Program-made: the position numbers and the translations under genes
Shown here: in pieces, positions 7,818 to 19,129 of the stretch
Position numbering within the stretch: position 1 is the first letter of the stretch
How the letters are laid out: each line of letters starts with the position of its first letter
Origin: Gammaproteobacteria bacterium
GTDB lineage: Bacteria; Pseudomonadota; Gammaproteobacteria; Ga0077536
DNA: 64,000 nucleotides
Reading direction: 5' to 3'
NCBI GenBank assembly: GCA_050247235.1
Contig: JBFWUN010000022.1
Coordinates: forward strand, 1,016-65,015
The notes under the pieces: generated by a model
Told to the model about the DNA's origin: nothing
Database searches by the model: none
Seen by the model: only the letters and a program-made list of their open reading frames with translations

Positions 7818-9387
7818 CCCCCAGCACGATGCGCAACGTGAAACCCGCGGCAGGGTCGGCGGCGCCCGCGGAGCCGGTCACGCTGGCGTCCGGATCGAGA
7901 TCGAGCGGATAGCGGGTCACCGTGACGCTCCGCACGTCCTGCTGCTCGCGCAGGCGCGCCGCGAGCGCGTCGATCGTCGCGAGCGCCCCGCGGAAGTCGC
8001 CGTCGAATGCCGCGAGGTGCCCCTCCACGTCGGTAATCGCGTAATACGCGTCATCGGCCGCCGCGGGCGCGGGCGGCTCGGGTGTCCCGGGCGCCGGTTT
8101 CCCGTCCGGGTCCGGCACGAACGAGCGCTGCCACGTGAGGCGATCGAGCACGATCGCGGGCGCGGATTCCAGCGCGGCGCCGAGCAGCCGCCACGCGGGC
8201 AGCGGCGACGCGCGCAGCGACACGAGCGCATCCGCCGTGCGCACCGCGGTATCGATCGCACTGGCGTCCAGCGGCGTCGGCGGCAGGTCCCGTCGCGCCA
8301 GCGCGAGCCGCTCCTGGTAGAACACGGACTTCTGCGCGGCGTCGAGCGCCTGCTGCTTCAGCCCGACACCCTCCACGAAGCGCAGCGCGCTCCACCCCGC
8401 GCTGCCGACGATCAGCAGCACGCTCGCGGCGAGCAGCGCGATCTTCCATTGGTGCAGCAGGTGAAAACGCGTTTCCTGGCGCTGCGCGTAGTGCACGGAG
8501 GGCGGCGCATCGAGCAGCAGCTGCGCGAACAGCGCGTCCGCGTACGGCGACACGGACTCCGCCGGCAGGCCGAGACGCGGCGCGAGATCGGCGGTGTCGA
8601 CCAGGAAGTACTGCTCGCCGTCCGAGCTTCGGCAATGGCGCTCGAGTTCCTGCAGCAGTTCCCCGTGACTGAAGAGGTAGATCGCAAGCGGGCTGTCGCG
8701 CGAGACGAGCGCCAGGCTGTTCAGGTAGCGCCTGAGCTTGGCGAGCTCCGCGAGCACGTGATTCGCGTAAGGCACCGAGCCCAGCCGCGGCATCTGCGCG
8801 AGGCGGCTGATCTTGAGCTGGCCGTCGCGGAAGAACGTCTGTCGCAGACCGCTGACCTGCTGCACGCTGATGAACAGCACGTTGCTGGCAGTCGCCTTCA
8901 CCGCCTTCAGCAGCGCCGCGCTCAGGATCGGCACCGAGTGGATCCCGGCCAGCGGCACGCGGTGCTTCAGGATCTCCGCGATCCATGGCGCCAGGGTCTC
9001 GGGCTTGGTCAGCGCGGTCAGCAGCACGCGATCGTCCCGCCGTCCCTCGCGCTCGCGGCCCTGCGCCAGCGCGAGGCAGTACGGCGTGCCGCGGAACAGT
9101 CGCGCGTACTTGCGGGCCAGCACCGCGCGGCGGTCGCCTCCGCGCACGTGCGGGATCGTGTCCTGGCGGTATTCCTCCTCCACCACGTCCACCAGCACGT
9201 GCAGCGGCGCCGCGCCCGCCTGCTCCAGGTAATGGGAGAAGGCGCTCCAGCCTCCTTCGCCGGCCGCGAACTCGTAAGCATGCGTGAGCCGGCCGCCGTG
9301 ACCGGTGTACAGCAGCGCGCGATCGGCGGCGACCAGCAGCACCCGGGCTTCGCCGCGCAGCACGTTCATCATGCGCGCCTCCCGCAC
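7792..9387 (-). CDS. PilM-PilN fusion-type assembly protein, MshI-like
   Basis: 531 aa. A cytoplasmic region of about 320 aa is followed by one TM segment (WKIALLAASVLLIVGSAGWSAL) and a periplasmic region of about 180 aa. This is the layout expected for MshI-type PilM/PilN fusions. The call rests on architecture and context, not on a motif. Confidence 0.5.
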   Translation of the reverse strand: MREARMMNVLRGEARVLLVAADRALLYTGHGGRLTHAYEFAAGEGGWSAFSHYLEQAGAAPLHVLVDVVEEEYRQDTIPHVRGGDRRAVLARKYARLFRGTPYCLALAQGREREGRRDDRVLLTALTKPETLAPWIAEILKHRVPLAGIHSVPILSAALLKAVKATASNVLFISVQQVSGLRQTFFRDGQLKISRLAQMPRLGSVPYANHVLAELAKLRRYLNSLALVSRDSPLAIYLFSHGELLQELERHCRSSDGEQYFLVDTADLAPRLGLPAESVSPYADALFAQLLLDAPPSVHYAQRQETRFHLLHQWKIALLAASVLLIVGSAGWSALRFVEGVGLKQQALDAAQKSVFYQERLALARRDLPPTPLDASAIDTAVRTADALVSLRASPLPAWRLLGAALESAPAIVLDRLTWQRSFVPDPDGKPAPGTPEPPAPAAADDAYYAITDVEGHLAAFDGDFRGALATIDALAARLREQQDVRSVTVTRYPLDLDPDASVTGSAGAADPAAGFTLRIVLGVAHAARQG

Positions 9388-9393
9388 ACCGGA

Positions 9394-10599
9394 TCAGACC
9401 CGGATCTCGGTGAACAGGTCATAGATGGGCCCCAGGATCGACGACATGATCCACAGCACGATCGCGCCCAGCAGGACCGTCACCGCGGGCAGGATCAGGG
9501 TCTGCAGCCGGGTCACCGAATCGCGCACGTCGCGGGTGAAGAAATACGTGACGTTGCTGAGCGCGTCCTCCAGCGCCCCGGTGTTCTCGCCGACGCGCAG
9601 CATGCGCACGACGAGCGGCGGGAACAGCCCGGTGGCGCCGAAGCTCGCGCTGATGCCGCCGCCGTCGGCGATCATGCGCCCGGCGTCGCGCAGCGCGGTG
9701 CGGATCGCGCGGTTGTCCGCGACGTCCTCGCCCGACCGCAGGCACTCGAGCACCGTGATCCCGGACGTGTACATGATCGAAAACACGCTGCACACGCGCG
9801 TGACCACGATCTTCTTCAGGATCGGGCCCAGCAGCGGAATGCGCAGCTTCCAGGCATCCACCCGCTCGGCGAACCCGGTGTTGGAACGCAGCGCGGCGAC
9901 GAACCCGGCAACGCACAGGGGCGGCACTGCGAGCAGCACGGGCCAGTAGGCAGACATGAACGCGGACGTCGCGATCAGCGCGCGCGTCTGCAGCGGCAGC
10001 GCCTGCCCCATCGTGCCGAGGAACGACACCAGCTGGGGCACCACGTAGACCATCAGGAAGACCAGCACCGCCAGGATCACGACGCTGACGAGCGCCGGGT
10101 ACATCAGCAGCTTCCGTGTGTAGGACGCCTGTTCGTCCTGCCACTTGAGGTTCTCGATGATCTTCTGCAGCACCTCGGGCAGGCGCCCGCTCTGCTCGCC
10201 CGCGCGGATCAGGCTGACGAACACCGTGTCGAACACCGCCGGGAAGTCCGCCATCGCGCCGGACAGCGTCTTGCCGCCCTCGATCGATTCGATCATCGCG
10301 CCGGTGACTTCGCGCAGCCGCTTGTGATCCAGCGTGTCCCGCAGATCGCCCAGCCCTTCGATGATCGGCACGCCCGCGCGCACGAGCTGCTCCAGGTGGA
10401 ACGCGAACGTGATGAGATCGATGGTGCGGATCCCGCTGCCGGTGACCGGGCGGCGGCGCGCGCGCAGCGCCGTGAAATTCACGAGATCGAGACCCATCCG
10501 GCCGAGGCGTACTTCGAGATCGGCCGGGTTGACCGCGTCCACCTTGCCGTGGAGGATGCGCCCGCGCTCGTCCATCGCCTTGTAGCGGTAGGCCTCCAT
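9394..10599 (-). CDS. mshG: GspF/PilC-family platform protein, MshG-like
   Basis: Start at MEAYRYKAMDERGRILHGKVDAVNPADLEVRLGRMGLDLV, which is Met113 of the track ORF. About 401 aa with two GspF-type repeats and three TM segments (...LLMYPALVSVVILAVLVFLMVYVVPQL...). Two nt separate it from the ATPase gene. Confidence 0.85.
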   Translation of the reverse strand: MEAYRYKAMDERGRILHGKVDAVNPADLEVRLGRMGLDLVNFTALRARRRPVTGSGIRTIDLITFAFHLEQLVRAGVPIIEGLGDLRDTLDHKRLREVTGAMIESIEGGKTLSGAMADFPAVFDTVFVSLIRAGEQSGRLPEVLQKIIENLKWQDEQASYTRKLLMYPALVSVVILAVLVFLMVYVVPQLVSFLGTMGQALPLQTRALIATSAFMSAYWPVLLAVPPLCVAGFVAALRSNTGFAERVDAWKLRIPLLGPILKKIVVTRVCSVFSIMYTSGITVLECLRSGEDVADNRAIRTALRDAGRMIADGGGISASFGATGLFPPLVVRMLRVGENTGALEDALSNVTYFFTRDVRDSVTRLQTLILPAVTVLLGAIVLWIMSSILGPIYDLFTEIRV

Positions 10600-10601
10600 G
10601 C

Positions 10602-12308
10602 TCAGTCCAGGCGATCGGTCAGGTCGACGACGCGCGAGATCTCGTCGATCGTGGTGGTGCCGTCCAGCACGCGACGCACCGCGATCTCGGCGAGCGTCAC
10701 GAAGCCCTTGCCGCGCGCGGCCTGGTGCAGCTCGCGCGCGGTCGCGCCGCGCGCCACCAGTTCGTCGAGCCCGTGGTCGAACTTCAGCAGTTCCATGACC
10801 GCCGTCCGTCCCTCGTACCCCTGGTGCTCGGTGTGACGGAATTCCTCGGCCACGCGGTGGAGCGGCGCCGGATCGTGTTCGTCGAGCCCAAGGATCTGGC
10901 GCTCGATGGCCGACGGCGCGTAGGCCTCGCGGCACTCCGGCTTCAGGCGGCGGACCAGCCGCTGCGCGAGGATCCCGATCAGGTTGCCCGCCATGACTTC
11001 CGGCTTGACGCCCATGTCGAGCAGGCGCGGGATCGCGCCGATCGCGGAGTTCGCGTGGAGCGTCGAGAACACCTGGTGGCCGGTCATCGCCGCGCGAAAC
11101 GCCATCGCCGCAGTGTCTTCGTCGCGGATCTCGCCGACCAGGATGATGTCAGGGTCCTGGCGCAGCATCGAACGGATCCCGCTCGCGAAATCGAGCCGCA
11201 CCGCTTCGTTCAGCGACGTCTGCCGGATCATGCCCATCGGGTACTCCACCGGGTCTTCGAGCGTCATGATATTGACCGACTCGGTGTTGAGGTGGTTCAG
11301 CAGGCTGTACAAGGTGGTGGTCTTGCCGCTGCCGGTCGGGCCGGTCACGAGCAGCAGTCCTTCCGGGCGCGCCACCATGAGTTTCAGCAGGTGCAGGATG
11401 TCTTCCTCGAGCCCGAGGTCTTCGATCGGCACGATGCCCTTCTGGCGATCGAGCACGCGCAGCACGATGTTCTCGCCGTGCACCGTCGGGATGGTGGATA
11501 CGCGGAAGTCGATCTGGCGACCGGTCAGCGACAGCGTGATGCGGCCGTCCTGCGGCGCACGCGTTTCCGCGATGTCCATGCCGGACATCACCTTCAGGCG
11601 CACCGCGAGCGCGGACCAGTAGTTCTTGTGCAGGCTGCGCACCTGCCGCAGCACGCCGTCGATGCGGTAGCGGAAGCGCAGGAATCCCTCTTCGGGTTCG
11701 AAATGGATGTCCGAGGCGCCGCGCTTCACGGCATCCGCGAGCAGCGCGTTGACCAGCCGCACCACCGGCTGGCTGTACTCCTGGCTGTCCGCGTCCAGGC
11801 TCTCGTAGTCGATCTCGCCGGTTTCGATCTCCTGCAGGATGCCGTCGACCGACAGCTCGAACCCGTAGAACTGGTCGATGGCCTTCTCGATCTCGGCTTC
11901 GCCGGCCATCAGCGGGACGATCTCGGTGTCGCCGCCGATCAGCGCGGTGATCTGATCGAGCGCGACGACGTTGAACGTGTCCGCCATCGCGAGGGTCAGT
12001 CGCTTGCGGTTGGCCTCGTAGGTCAGCGGGAGGATATGGAAGCGGCGCGCGAGATCCTTCGGGATCATGCGGATCGCTTCCCCGTCGACGACCACCTTGC
12101 TGAGGTCGGCCTTCTGCTGGCCGAGCGCGCCGCCGAGCACGTCCAGGATCACCGCCTCGGTGGCGAAGCCGAGCCGCACGAGGATCTTGCCGAGGTGGTC
12201 GCGGTTGCGCTTCTGCTCGGTCAGCGCGATCCGCACCTGGTCCTGGCTCACGACGCCCTTCTGGACCAGCAGTTCCCCGATGCGGAGATTGCGCTTCAAG
12301 GTGCTCAT
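10602..12308 (-). CDS. mshE: GspE/PilB-family assembly ATPase with an MshE-type N-terminal domain
   Basis: Start at MSTLKRNLRIGELLVQKGVVSQDQVRIALTEQKRNRDHLGKILVRLGFATEAVILDVLGG, which is Met91 of the track ORF. Motifs present are Walker A VTGPTGSGKTTT, TLEDPVEY, Walker B-like DIILVGEIRD and the His box TGHQVFSTLHAN. Confidence 0.9.
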   Translation of the reverse strand: MSTLKRNLRIGELLVQKGVVSQDQVRIALTEQKRNRDHLGKILVRLGFATEAVILDVLGGALGQQKADLSKVVVDGEAIRMIPKDLARRFHILPLTYEANRKRLTLAMADTFNVVALDQITALIGGDTEIVPLMAGEAEIEKAIDQFYGFELSVDGILQEIETGEIDYESLDADSQEYSQPVVRLVNALLADAVKRGASDIHFEPEEGFLRFRYRIDGVLRQVRSLHKNYWSALAVRLKVMSGMDIAETRAPQDGRITLSLTGRQIDFRVSTIPTVHGENIVLRVLDRQKGIVPIEDLGLEEDILHLLKLMVARPEGLLLVTGPTGSGKTTTLYSLLNHLNTESVNIMTLEDPVEYPMGMIRQTSLNEAVRLDFASGIRSMLRQDPDIILVGEIRDEDTAAMAFRAAMTGHQVFSTLHANSAIGAIPRLLDMGVKPEVMAGNLIGILAQRLVRRLKPECREAYAPSAIERQILGLDEHDPAPLHRVAEEFRHTEHQGYEGRTAVMELLKFDHGLDELVARGATARELHQAARGKGFVTLAEIAVRRVLDGTTTIDEISRVVDLTDRLD

Positions 12309-12312
12309 GGGC

Positions 12313-13815
12313 TCACGGGATGGCGAGGGCCGTGATGCGGGCGGCGACCGTCGCGCCATCGAATGCCGTGTTCGGACCGCGCAGCGCCTCGGCCTGCCGG
12401 TAGTAGTCCAGGGCGGCCTTGCGCTGGCCCAGCCGATCGAGACTGACCGCCAGGTTGAACGCGTAGTCCGCGTTGCGCGGGGCGCCACGGAACGCTTCGA
12501 AGTACGCGCGCTGTGCGTCGCCCCAGCGCGCTTCGCGCGCGTACAGGTTGCCGAGGGCGAAGTGCAGGTAAGGCGCATCGAGCCCCCGGTCGAGCAGCAG
12601 TTTCAGGCGGGTTTCCGTGGCGTCAGGGCCGCGGCCGCCCTCGATCAGGAACAGCGCCGCCGTGGCCACCGGGTGGTCCGGGGCGTCGGCCAGCACGGCG
12701 CGGTAATACGAATGCGCCTCGGCGAGCCGGTTCTCGCGCAGCGCGACGGCGCCGAGACCGAGCAGCGCGTCACGCTGCTCGGGATGTCGCTTCAGCACGC
12801 CGACGTACCCGCGTCGCGCGGCCGCCAGGTCCCCGCCGACATAAGCGGCGTAGGCCTGCGTCAGCGCGTCCCGGAGGGGCGTCGCCACGCCCGGGCTGCG
12901 CGCGATGTGGAGATCGCCATTGCGCATCTCGAACGCCTGCGCGGCGGACTCGGCGGACGCCGGCGGGTGCGCGCCCGGCGCCATGGATCCGTCCGCGGGC
13001 GGGGCGGGCGAAGCAAGGACGTCTGCCGTCGCCGCAGGCGGCGAGGCGGTGGCCGATGTCGGCGCCGGCGGTGCCGGTGCGGCGGAGGGGGGCGCGGGCA
13101 CCGCAGGGGATGCGTCGGCCATCACTGCGGCGGGTGCATGCTCGTCTGCCGGCGCGGCAGGCCCCGCCGGGGCCGGCGCATCCGCGGGGATCGCGACCTC
13201 CGGTGCCACCGGGATGACCGGCGCGGCGGCCGCGACGTCCGGCACCTCCGGCGGCACGTCAGGGCGCGGCGGAGTCGGCGCGATGGCGGGACCAGGCGGT
13301 TCGCGCTCCACGCCAAGCGCGACGCGCGGCGACGGGATCGCGGGCGGCCGTGGCAGGGCCGTCAGCGCGCGGTATCCGACGATCCCGGCGCCGGCGATAC
13401 ACAGGACCAGCACCACGCCAATCCCGAGCGCGAGCGGATTCGCGCGCCGGCGCGCGGTCGCCGCGAAGACGGTGCGGGCGGTCACGCGCGCGGGGCGGCC
13501 GAGCGTTCCCGGCTCCGCGAGCGGTGTCGACGAGGTGCCCTCGTGGATGGTCAGCGGCTCCGCGAGCGTGTCGTCGTCGGCGAGCCGGAAGCGCCCGCTC
13601 GCGGACAGGCGCTGCGTGGTGCTGCCGAACGCGCCGTATTCGCCCGAGCGCGCGAGACCTGGCGCCTCGTCGGTCTCGTCGCCGAGCGGCTCCAGCCGGA
13701 GCTCGCCCGGGCTGCGCGCAAACCCGTCCGTGCGCGGGGTCTCGCCGGCCGCGCGCGCGGCCGCCGCCTTCTTGTCGGCTTCGGCCTTGCGCAGGGCGTC
13801 CATCAGGAGGCTCAT
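12313..13815 (-). CDS. TPR-repeat pilus biogenesis protein, MshN-like
   Basis: 500 aa beginning MSLLMDALRKAEADKK. It has one TM segment (LALGIGVVLVLCIAGAGIVGY), a long Pro/Ala-rich linker and C-terminal TPR-like repeats (YVGVLKRHPEQRDALLGLGAVALRENRLAEAHSYYRAVL...). It lies between the secretin and ATPase genes. Confidence 0.6.
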   Translation of the reverse strand: MSLLMDALRKAEADKKAAAARAAGETPRTDGFARSPGELRLEPLGDETDEAPGLARSGEYGAFGSTTQRLSASGRFRLADDDTLAEPLTIHEGTSSTPLAEPGTLGRPARVTARTVFAATARRRANPLALGIGVVLVLCIAGAGIVGYRALTALPRPPAIPSPRVALGVEREPPGPAIAPTPPRPDVPPEVPDVAAAAPVIPVAPEVAIPADAPAPAGPAAPADEHAPAAVMADASPAVPAPPSAAPAPPAPTSATASPPAATADVLASPAPPADGSMAPGAHPPASAESAAQAFEMRNGDLHIARSPGVATPLRDALTQAYAAYVGGDLAAARRGYVGVLKRHPEQRDALLGLGAVALRENRLAEAHSYYRAVLADAPDHPVATAALFLIEGGRGPDATETRLKLLLDRGLDAPYLHFALGNLYAREARWGDAQRAYFEAFRGAPRNADYAFNLAVSLDRLGQRKAALDYYRQAEALRGPNTAFDGATVAARITALAIP

Positions 13816-13851
13816 GCCGTCAACCTCGGATCCGCGCCCGCGGGCGTGCGG

Positions 13852-15537
13852 TCAGCGGGGGCGTGCGGTGGGAGTCGCATCTTCGCTCAGGTAGCGCTCG
13901 TAGTCCTTGAGATCGGTCTCGATATTCGGATCGCCCACGATCACCGGCCGCAGGAAGATCACCAGTTCGGTCTTCTGGTTGCGCACCTCGTCGACGTCGA
14001 AGAACGCGTCGCCGATGATCGGCAGGCGCGCCAGCCCCGGGACCTCCCGGTTGCCGCTGCGCGCCTCGTCCTGCATCAGCCCGCCGAGCACGCCTACCTG
14101 CCCGTTCACGAGCTTCAGCACCGACTCCATCTCGCGGGTGCGGATGATGGGCACGGTGTTCGTGATCTCGGCGTCTCCCACCCCGTTCAGCTGGCTCGCG
14201 AGCCGCGGGCCCGGGTCGATCGCGTCGCCGATCTTCTGCGAGATGGTCGGCCGCACGGTGAGCGTGACTTCCTGGTTGGCGGAGATCTGCGGGGTTACCG
14301 CCATCACCAGTCCCACCGGCACCGAGTGCACTTCGGTTTCGACGAACGAGCGCCCCTGCGCGTTCAGCGTGGAGTCCGTGGTGGTCACGTCCAGTGTGAA
14401 GTACACGAGCTCTTCCACCACCTTGAGCAGCGCGGTCTGGTTGTTGATCACCATGAGCCGCGGGCTCGACAGCACCTTGGCGTCGCCGAACTCGCGCAGC
14501 AGCCGGATCGTCGCCTCCACCAGCTTGCCGCTCGCGTCCGGATCGCGATAGCCGAACGTGAACGCCGACACCGCGTTGTCTATGACCCCGTCGGTGACGG
14601 CGCCGAGCAGGTTCTGGTTGAAGCCGAAACCGGCCCGATCCGCGTCCAGCACGATTCGCCAGTCCACTCCCGACTGGTACTGGTCGTTCAACGAGACCTC
14701 CACGATGGTCGCTTCGATCAGCACCTGGCGGCGCGCGTTCGCGAGCACCTGGTCGATGAACTTCTGGATGAGGGCGTGCTGTGCCGTCGTCGCTTTCACC
14801 GAGATCACGCCCGCCTCGGCGTTCACGAGCAGGTTGGGCGACCCCGGCGCGCCTTCGCCGCCCGGCGCATCCTCGCCGAGAATCGACCGGATGTTCGTCG
14901 TCAGCGTGTCCCAGAAGCGGTTGGTCGAGCGCGAGTTCACCCGCGTCAGTGAGCTGTTCGCGCTGCCCGCGCCCTGCCGGCCGCCGCCGCCGCGGCCTTC
15001 TTCCTGCGCGCCACCCTCGCCGGTGGTCGCCACCTGGGTCGCGATGCTGACCGTGGTATCGGTGTCGCGCGCGAGGTTCACGTAACCCACCTCGTAGTTG
15101 CGGAAGAACGGCGCATCGGGCTCCACGAGGATGGTGCCGCCTTCGATCCGGTAGCGCAGGCCGGCCTGGCGCGCCACGCGATCGAGGATCTGCGGCAGGG
15201 TCTGTTCGATCGCATTCAACGTGACGTTGCCGTCGATCGCGCCCGCGATGTCGACGTTCATCGCCGCGTCGCGCGCGAGCGCGAACAGGAGCTCGCGCAC
15301 CGGCACGTCGTTGACCACCACGGTGTAGCGCTCGGCATCCGGGATCGGCTGCGGCGGCGGCAGGTAGCTCGCCTGCGGCACCACGTCCGGGATCCCGGGG
15401 TCGGCCGCCACGGTGTCCGCGCGCTCGAGGTGGCCGTCGGAATCCGGCAGCGGCGGTGGCGCCAGGCCGGCGCAACCGGTGAGGAGGCCGAGCACGAGTC
15501 CCAGGCGCGTGGTGCGGCGCATGCGGGCGCGCGTCAT
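13852..15537 (-). CDS. mshL: Secretin of the GspD/PilQ family, MshL-like lipoprotein
   Basis: Start at Met102 of the track ORF: MTRARMRRTTRLGLVLGLLTGC|AG, which is a lipobox. The C-terminal secretin signature is ...NNQTALLKVVEELVYFT...GGLMQDEARSGNREVPGLARLPIIGDAFF...TELVIFLRPVIV. An ATGA overlap joins it to the upstream ExeA-like gene. Confidence 0.9.
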   Translation of the reverse strand: MTRARMRRTTRLGLVLGLLTGCAGLAPPPLPDSDGHLERADTVAADPGIPDVVPQASYLPPPQPIPDAERYTVVVNDVPVRELLFALARDAAMNVDIAGAIDGNVTLNAIEQTLPQILDRVARQAGLRYRIEGGTILVEPDAPFFRNYEVGYVNLARDTDTTVSIATQVATTGEGGAQEEGRGGGGRQGAGSANSSLTRVNSRSTNRFWDTLTTNIRSILGEDAPGGEGAPGSPNLLVNAEAGVISVKATTAQHALIQKFIDQVLANARRQVLIEATIVEVSLNDQYQSGVDWRIVLDADRAGFGFNQNLLGAVTDGVIDNAVSAFTFGYRDPDASGKLVEATIRLLREFGDAKVLSSPRLMVINNQTALLKVVEELVYFTLDVTTTDSTLNAQGRSFVETEVHSVPVGLVMAVTPQISANQEVTLTVRPTISQKIGDAIDPGPRLASQLNGVGDAEITNTVPIIRTREMESVLKLVNGQVGVLGGLMQDEARSGNREVPGLARLPIIGDAFFDVDEVRNQKTELVIFLRPVIVGDPNIETDLKDYERYLSEDATPTARPR

Positions 15538-16676
15538 CGGGTCTGCGCGCCGGGCTCGCGCGATGGCGTGCCCGCGGGGGCGCCGATGATGCGATCCAGC
15601 CGATCGATCGCGTGCAGCAGCGACGGCAGGTCGGGCGCCGTCTCGTGCGCCGGCGGGGGCGCCTCGTGCGCTGCCAGCGCCCAGCCCGTCTCGGCGAGAT
15701 CGGCGAGATCGGCGTAGCGCGCGGCTGGCGCCGGGGCATCCGCCGCGAGCGGGGTGCGGGCGAGCGCCTCGCGCGTGATTTCCGGCGCCAGCAGCGCGGC
15801 GACGGCGAGCACGCCGATCACACCGGCGGAGGCCCACCACAATCGCCGCCAGGAGAACGCGCGTGCAGTCGTGAACTCGCTGTCCCGCGCGGCGCGCGCG
15901 ATGTGTCGCGGCGTCACGCGCGGTGCGCCGCTCGAGTACGCCGCGAGCAGCGCCTTGTCGGACAGCACGTTGATCCGCCGGAGCAGACCGCGCGAATGCC
16001 GCGCGAGCGCGCGGATCGCGCCGCGGGTGAACAGTTCCGGACCCCGGTACCCGCTCGCGTGCAGCCGCGTGTTGAGGTAGTCACGGATCTCACCCGCGCC
16101 GAACGGCGGCAGCTGGAAGCGGTACGTGATCCGCTCGTTGAGCTGCCGGATCTCGTGCCGGGCGAGCTTCGCGTCGAGTTCCGGCTGCCCGAACAGCACG
16201 ATCTGCAGCAGCTTGTCATGTGCCGTCTCCAGGTTGCTCAGCAGCCGGATCTCCTCCAACGTCGCGAGCGGCACGCACTGGGCTTCCTCGACGAACATCA
16301 CCACGCGACGGTCGTCGGCGTGCTTCGCGAGCAGGTAGTCGTGGAGCTGGTGCAGCAGCATCGGCTTGGTCGCCCCGTCCGGCACCACGAGCTTCAGCTC
16401 GCCGGCGATCGCCGGCAGGATTTCATCCGGACCGAGGTTCGGGTTGGCGAGGTAGATCACCTCGCAGTTCGCGGGCAGCTCGCGCTCGAGCATCCGGCAC
16501 AGCATGGTCTTGCCGCTGCCCACTTCGCCGACCACCTTGACGATGCCTTCGCCGCGCGACACCGCGTAGAGCAGTGCATCGAGCACGGCGCCGCGATTGC
16601 CGCCGGGGAAGAACAGGTCCGGGTCGGGCGTGATCCGGAACGGGGACTTGGAGAATCCGAAATGATGGCAGTACAT
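15534..16676 (-). CDS. mshM: ExeA/GspA-family AAA ATPase, MshM-like
   Basis: MYCHHFGFSKSPFRITPDPDLFFPGGNRGAVLDALLYAVSRGEGIVKVVGEVGSGKTMLCRML carries the Walker A motif. VVMFVEEAQ is Walker B-like. There is a C-terminal TM segment. The RBS GGGAAGGA lies upstream. Confidence 0.85.
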   Translation of the reverse strand: MYCHHFGFSKSPFRITPDPDLFFPGGNRGAVLDALLYAVSRGEGIVKVVGEVGSGKTMLCRMLERELPANCEVIYLANPNLGPDEILPAIAGELKLVVPDGATKPMLLHQLHDYLLAKHADDRRVVMFVEEAQCVPLATLEEIRLLSNLETAHDKLLQIVLFGQPELDAKLARHEIRQLNERITYRFQLPPFGAGEIRDYLNTRLHASGYRGPELFTRGAIRALARHSRGLLRRINVLSDKALLAAYSSGAPRVTPRHIARAARDSEFTTARAFSWRRLWWASAGVIGVLAVAALLAPEITREALARTPLAADAPAPAARYADLADLAETGWALAAHEAPPPAHETAPDLPSLLHAIDRLDRIIGAPAGTPSREPGAQTR

Positions 16677-16695
16677 CGGGCGATCCTTCCCTCGA

Positions 16696-18115
<1,420 letters not shown>

Positions 18116-18132
<17 letters not shown>

Positions 18133-18991
18133 GGCCGGCGGCGCGGCGCGCGGGCTGGTCGAGGCCGAGCGCGCGGCAGATCGCCCCCGTCGCCTCGTAC
18201 TGGTTCATCGTGTAGAAGTGCAGGCCCGGTGCCCCCCCGGCGCGCAGGCGTTCGCACAGCGCGGTGGTGACCTCGATGCCGAAGCGGCGGATCGCGGCGC
18301 GATCGTCGCCGAAATCGCGCAGCCGCTTCGCGATCCAGCGCGGGATCTCCGCGCCGCACATCTCCGAGAAACGGGCGAGCTGGGTGAAGTTCGTGATCGG
18401 CATGATGCCGGGGACGATCGGGATGCGGATCCCTTGCGCGCGGCAGCTGTCGACGAAGCTGAAGTAGGCATCCGCGTTGTAGAAATACTGCGTGATCGCG
18501 CTGTCCGCGCCGGCCTCCACCTTGCGCCTGAAGTTCTGCAGATCCTCCGTTGCCGAGGCCGCCTGCGGGTGGAACTCGGGATAGGCGGCGACTTCGATGT
18601 GGAAATGCGTGCCGGTTTCGCGCCGCACGAACCCGACGAGTTCGTTGGCGTGGCGGAACTCGCCGAACCCCGTCATGCCGGAGGGCATGTCGCCGCGCAG
18701 GACCACCAGCCGCCGTACGCCGGCCGCGACATAGCGCGCGAGGATCTCCCGCAGTTCCGCGACCGGCGTGCCGATGCACGACAGGTGCGGCGCGGTCTCG
18801 ACGCCGGTGCGCGCCTGCAGGTGCTGCACCGTTTCGAGCGTCAGGTCCCGGGTGCTGCCGCCGGCGCCGAACGTCACCGAGAAGAACTCGGGGGCGAGCC
18901 CGGCGAGCCGCGTGGCCGCATCATCGAGACGCGCGGCGGCTTCCGGGGAACGCGGCGGGAAGAACTCGCAGCTGATTGAGAATGTCGTCAT
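18116..18991 (-). CDS. metF: 5,10-methylenetetrahydrofolate reductase
   Basis: 291 aa: MTTFSISCEFFPPRSPEAAARL...FFSVTFGAGGSTRD...APHLSCIG...LVVLRGD...ITQYFYNADAYFSFVD...IPIVPGIMPITNF. This is the typical MetF sequence pattern. Confidence 0.9.
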
Positions 18992-19129
18992 CGGCCAGCG
19001 TTACCAGCGTTGATATGCGTCCGCCGGCCCACGCGCACGGCGGTTGGGGTCCCGGTGGACCGGCAGCTCGGGGCGGGGCCGTTGGGTGATCGGCCGGGCG
19101 GGCTTGTTGTGATCGCTCCCGATATCAAA

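Noticed and set aside
4359-15739. Very long ORFs opposite or out of frame to the pilus genes, such as 4359..6923 (+), 7612..10836 (+), 12067..14952 (+) and 13820..15739 (-)
   Set aside because: These are typical high-GC shadow ORFs. They are Arg/Gly/Ala/Pro/His-rich and carry no motifs. Each overlaps a gene that has clear family signatures (secretin, GspE, GspF and others).
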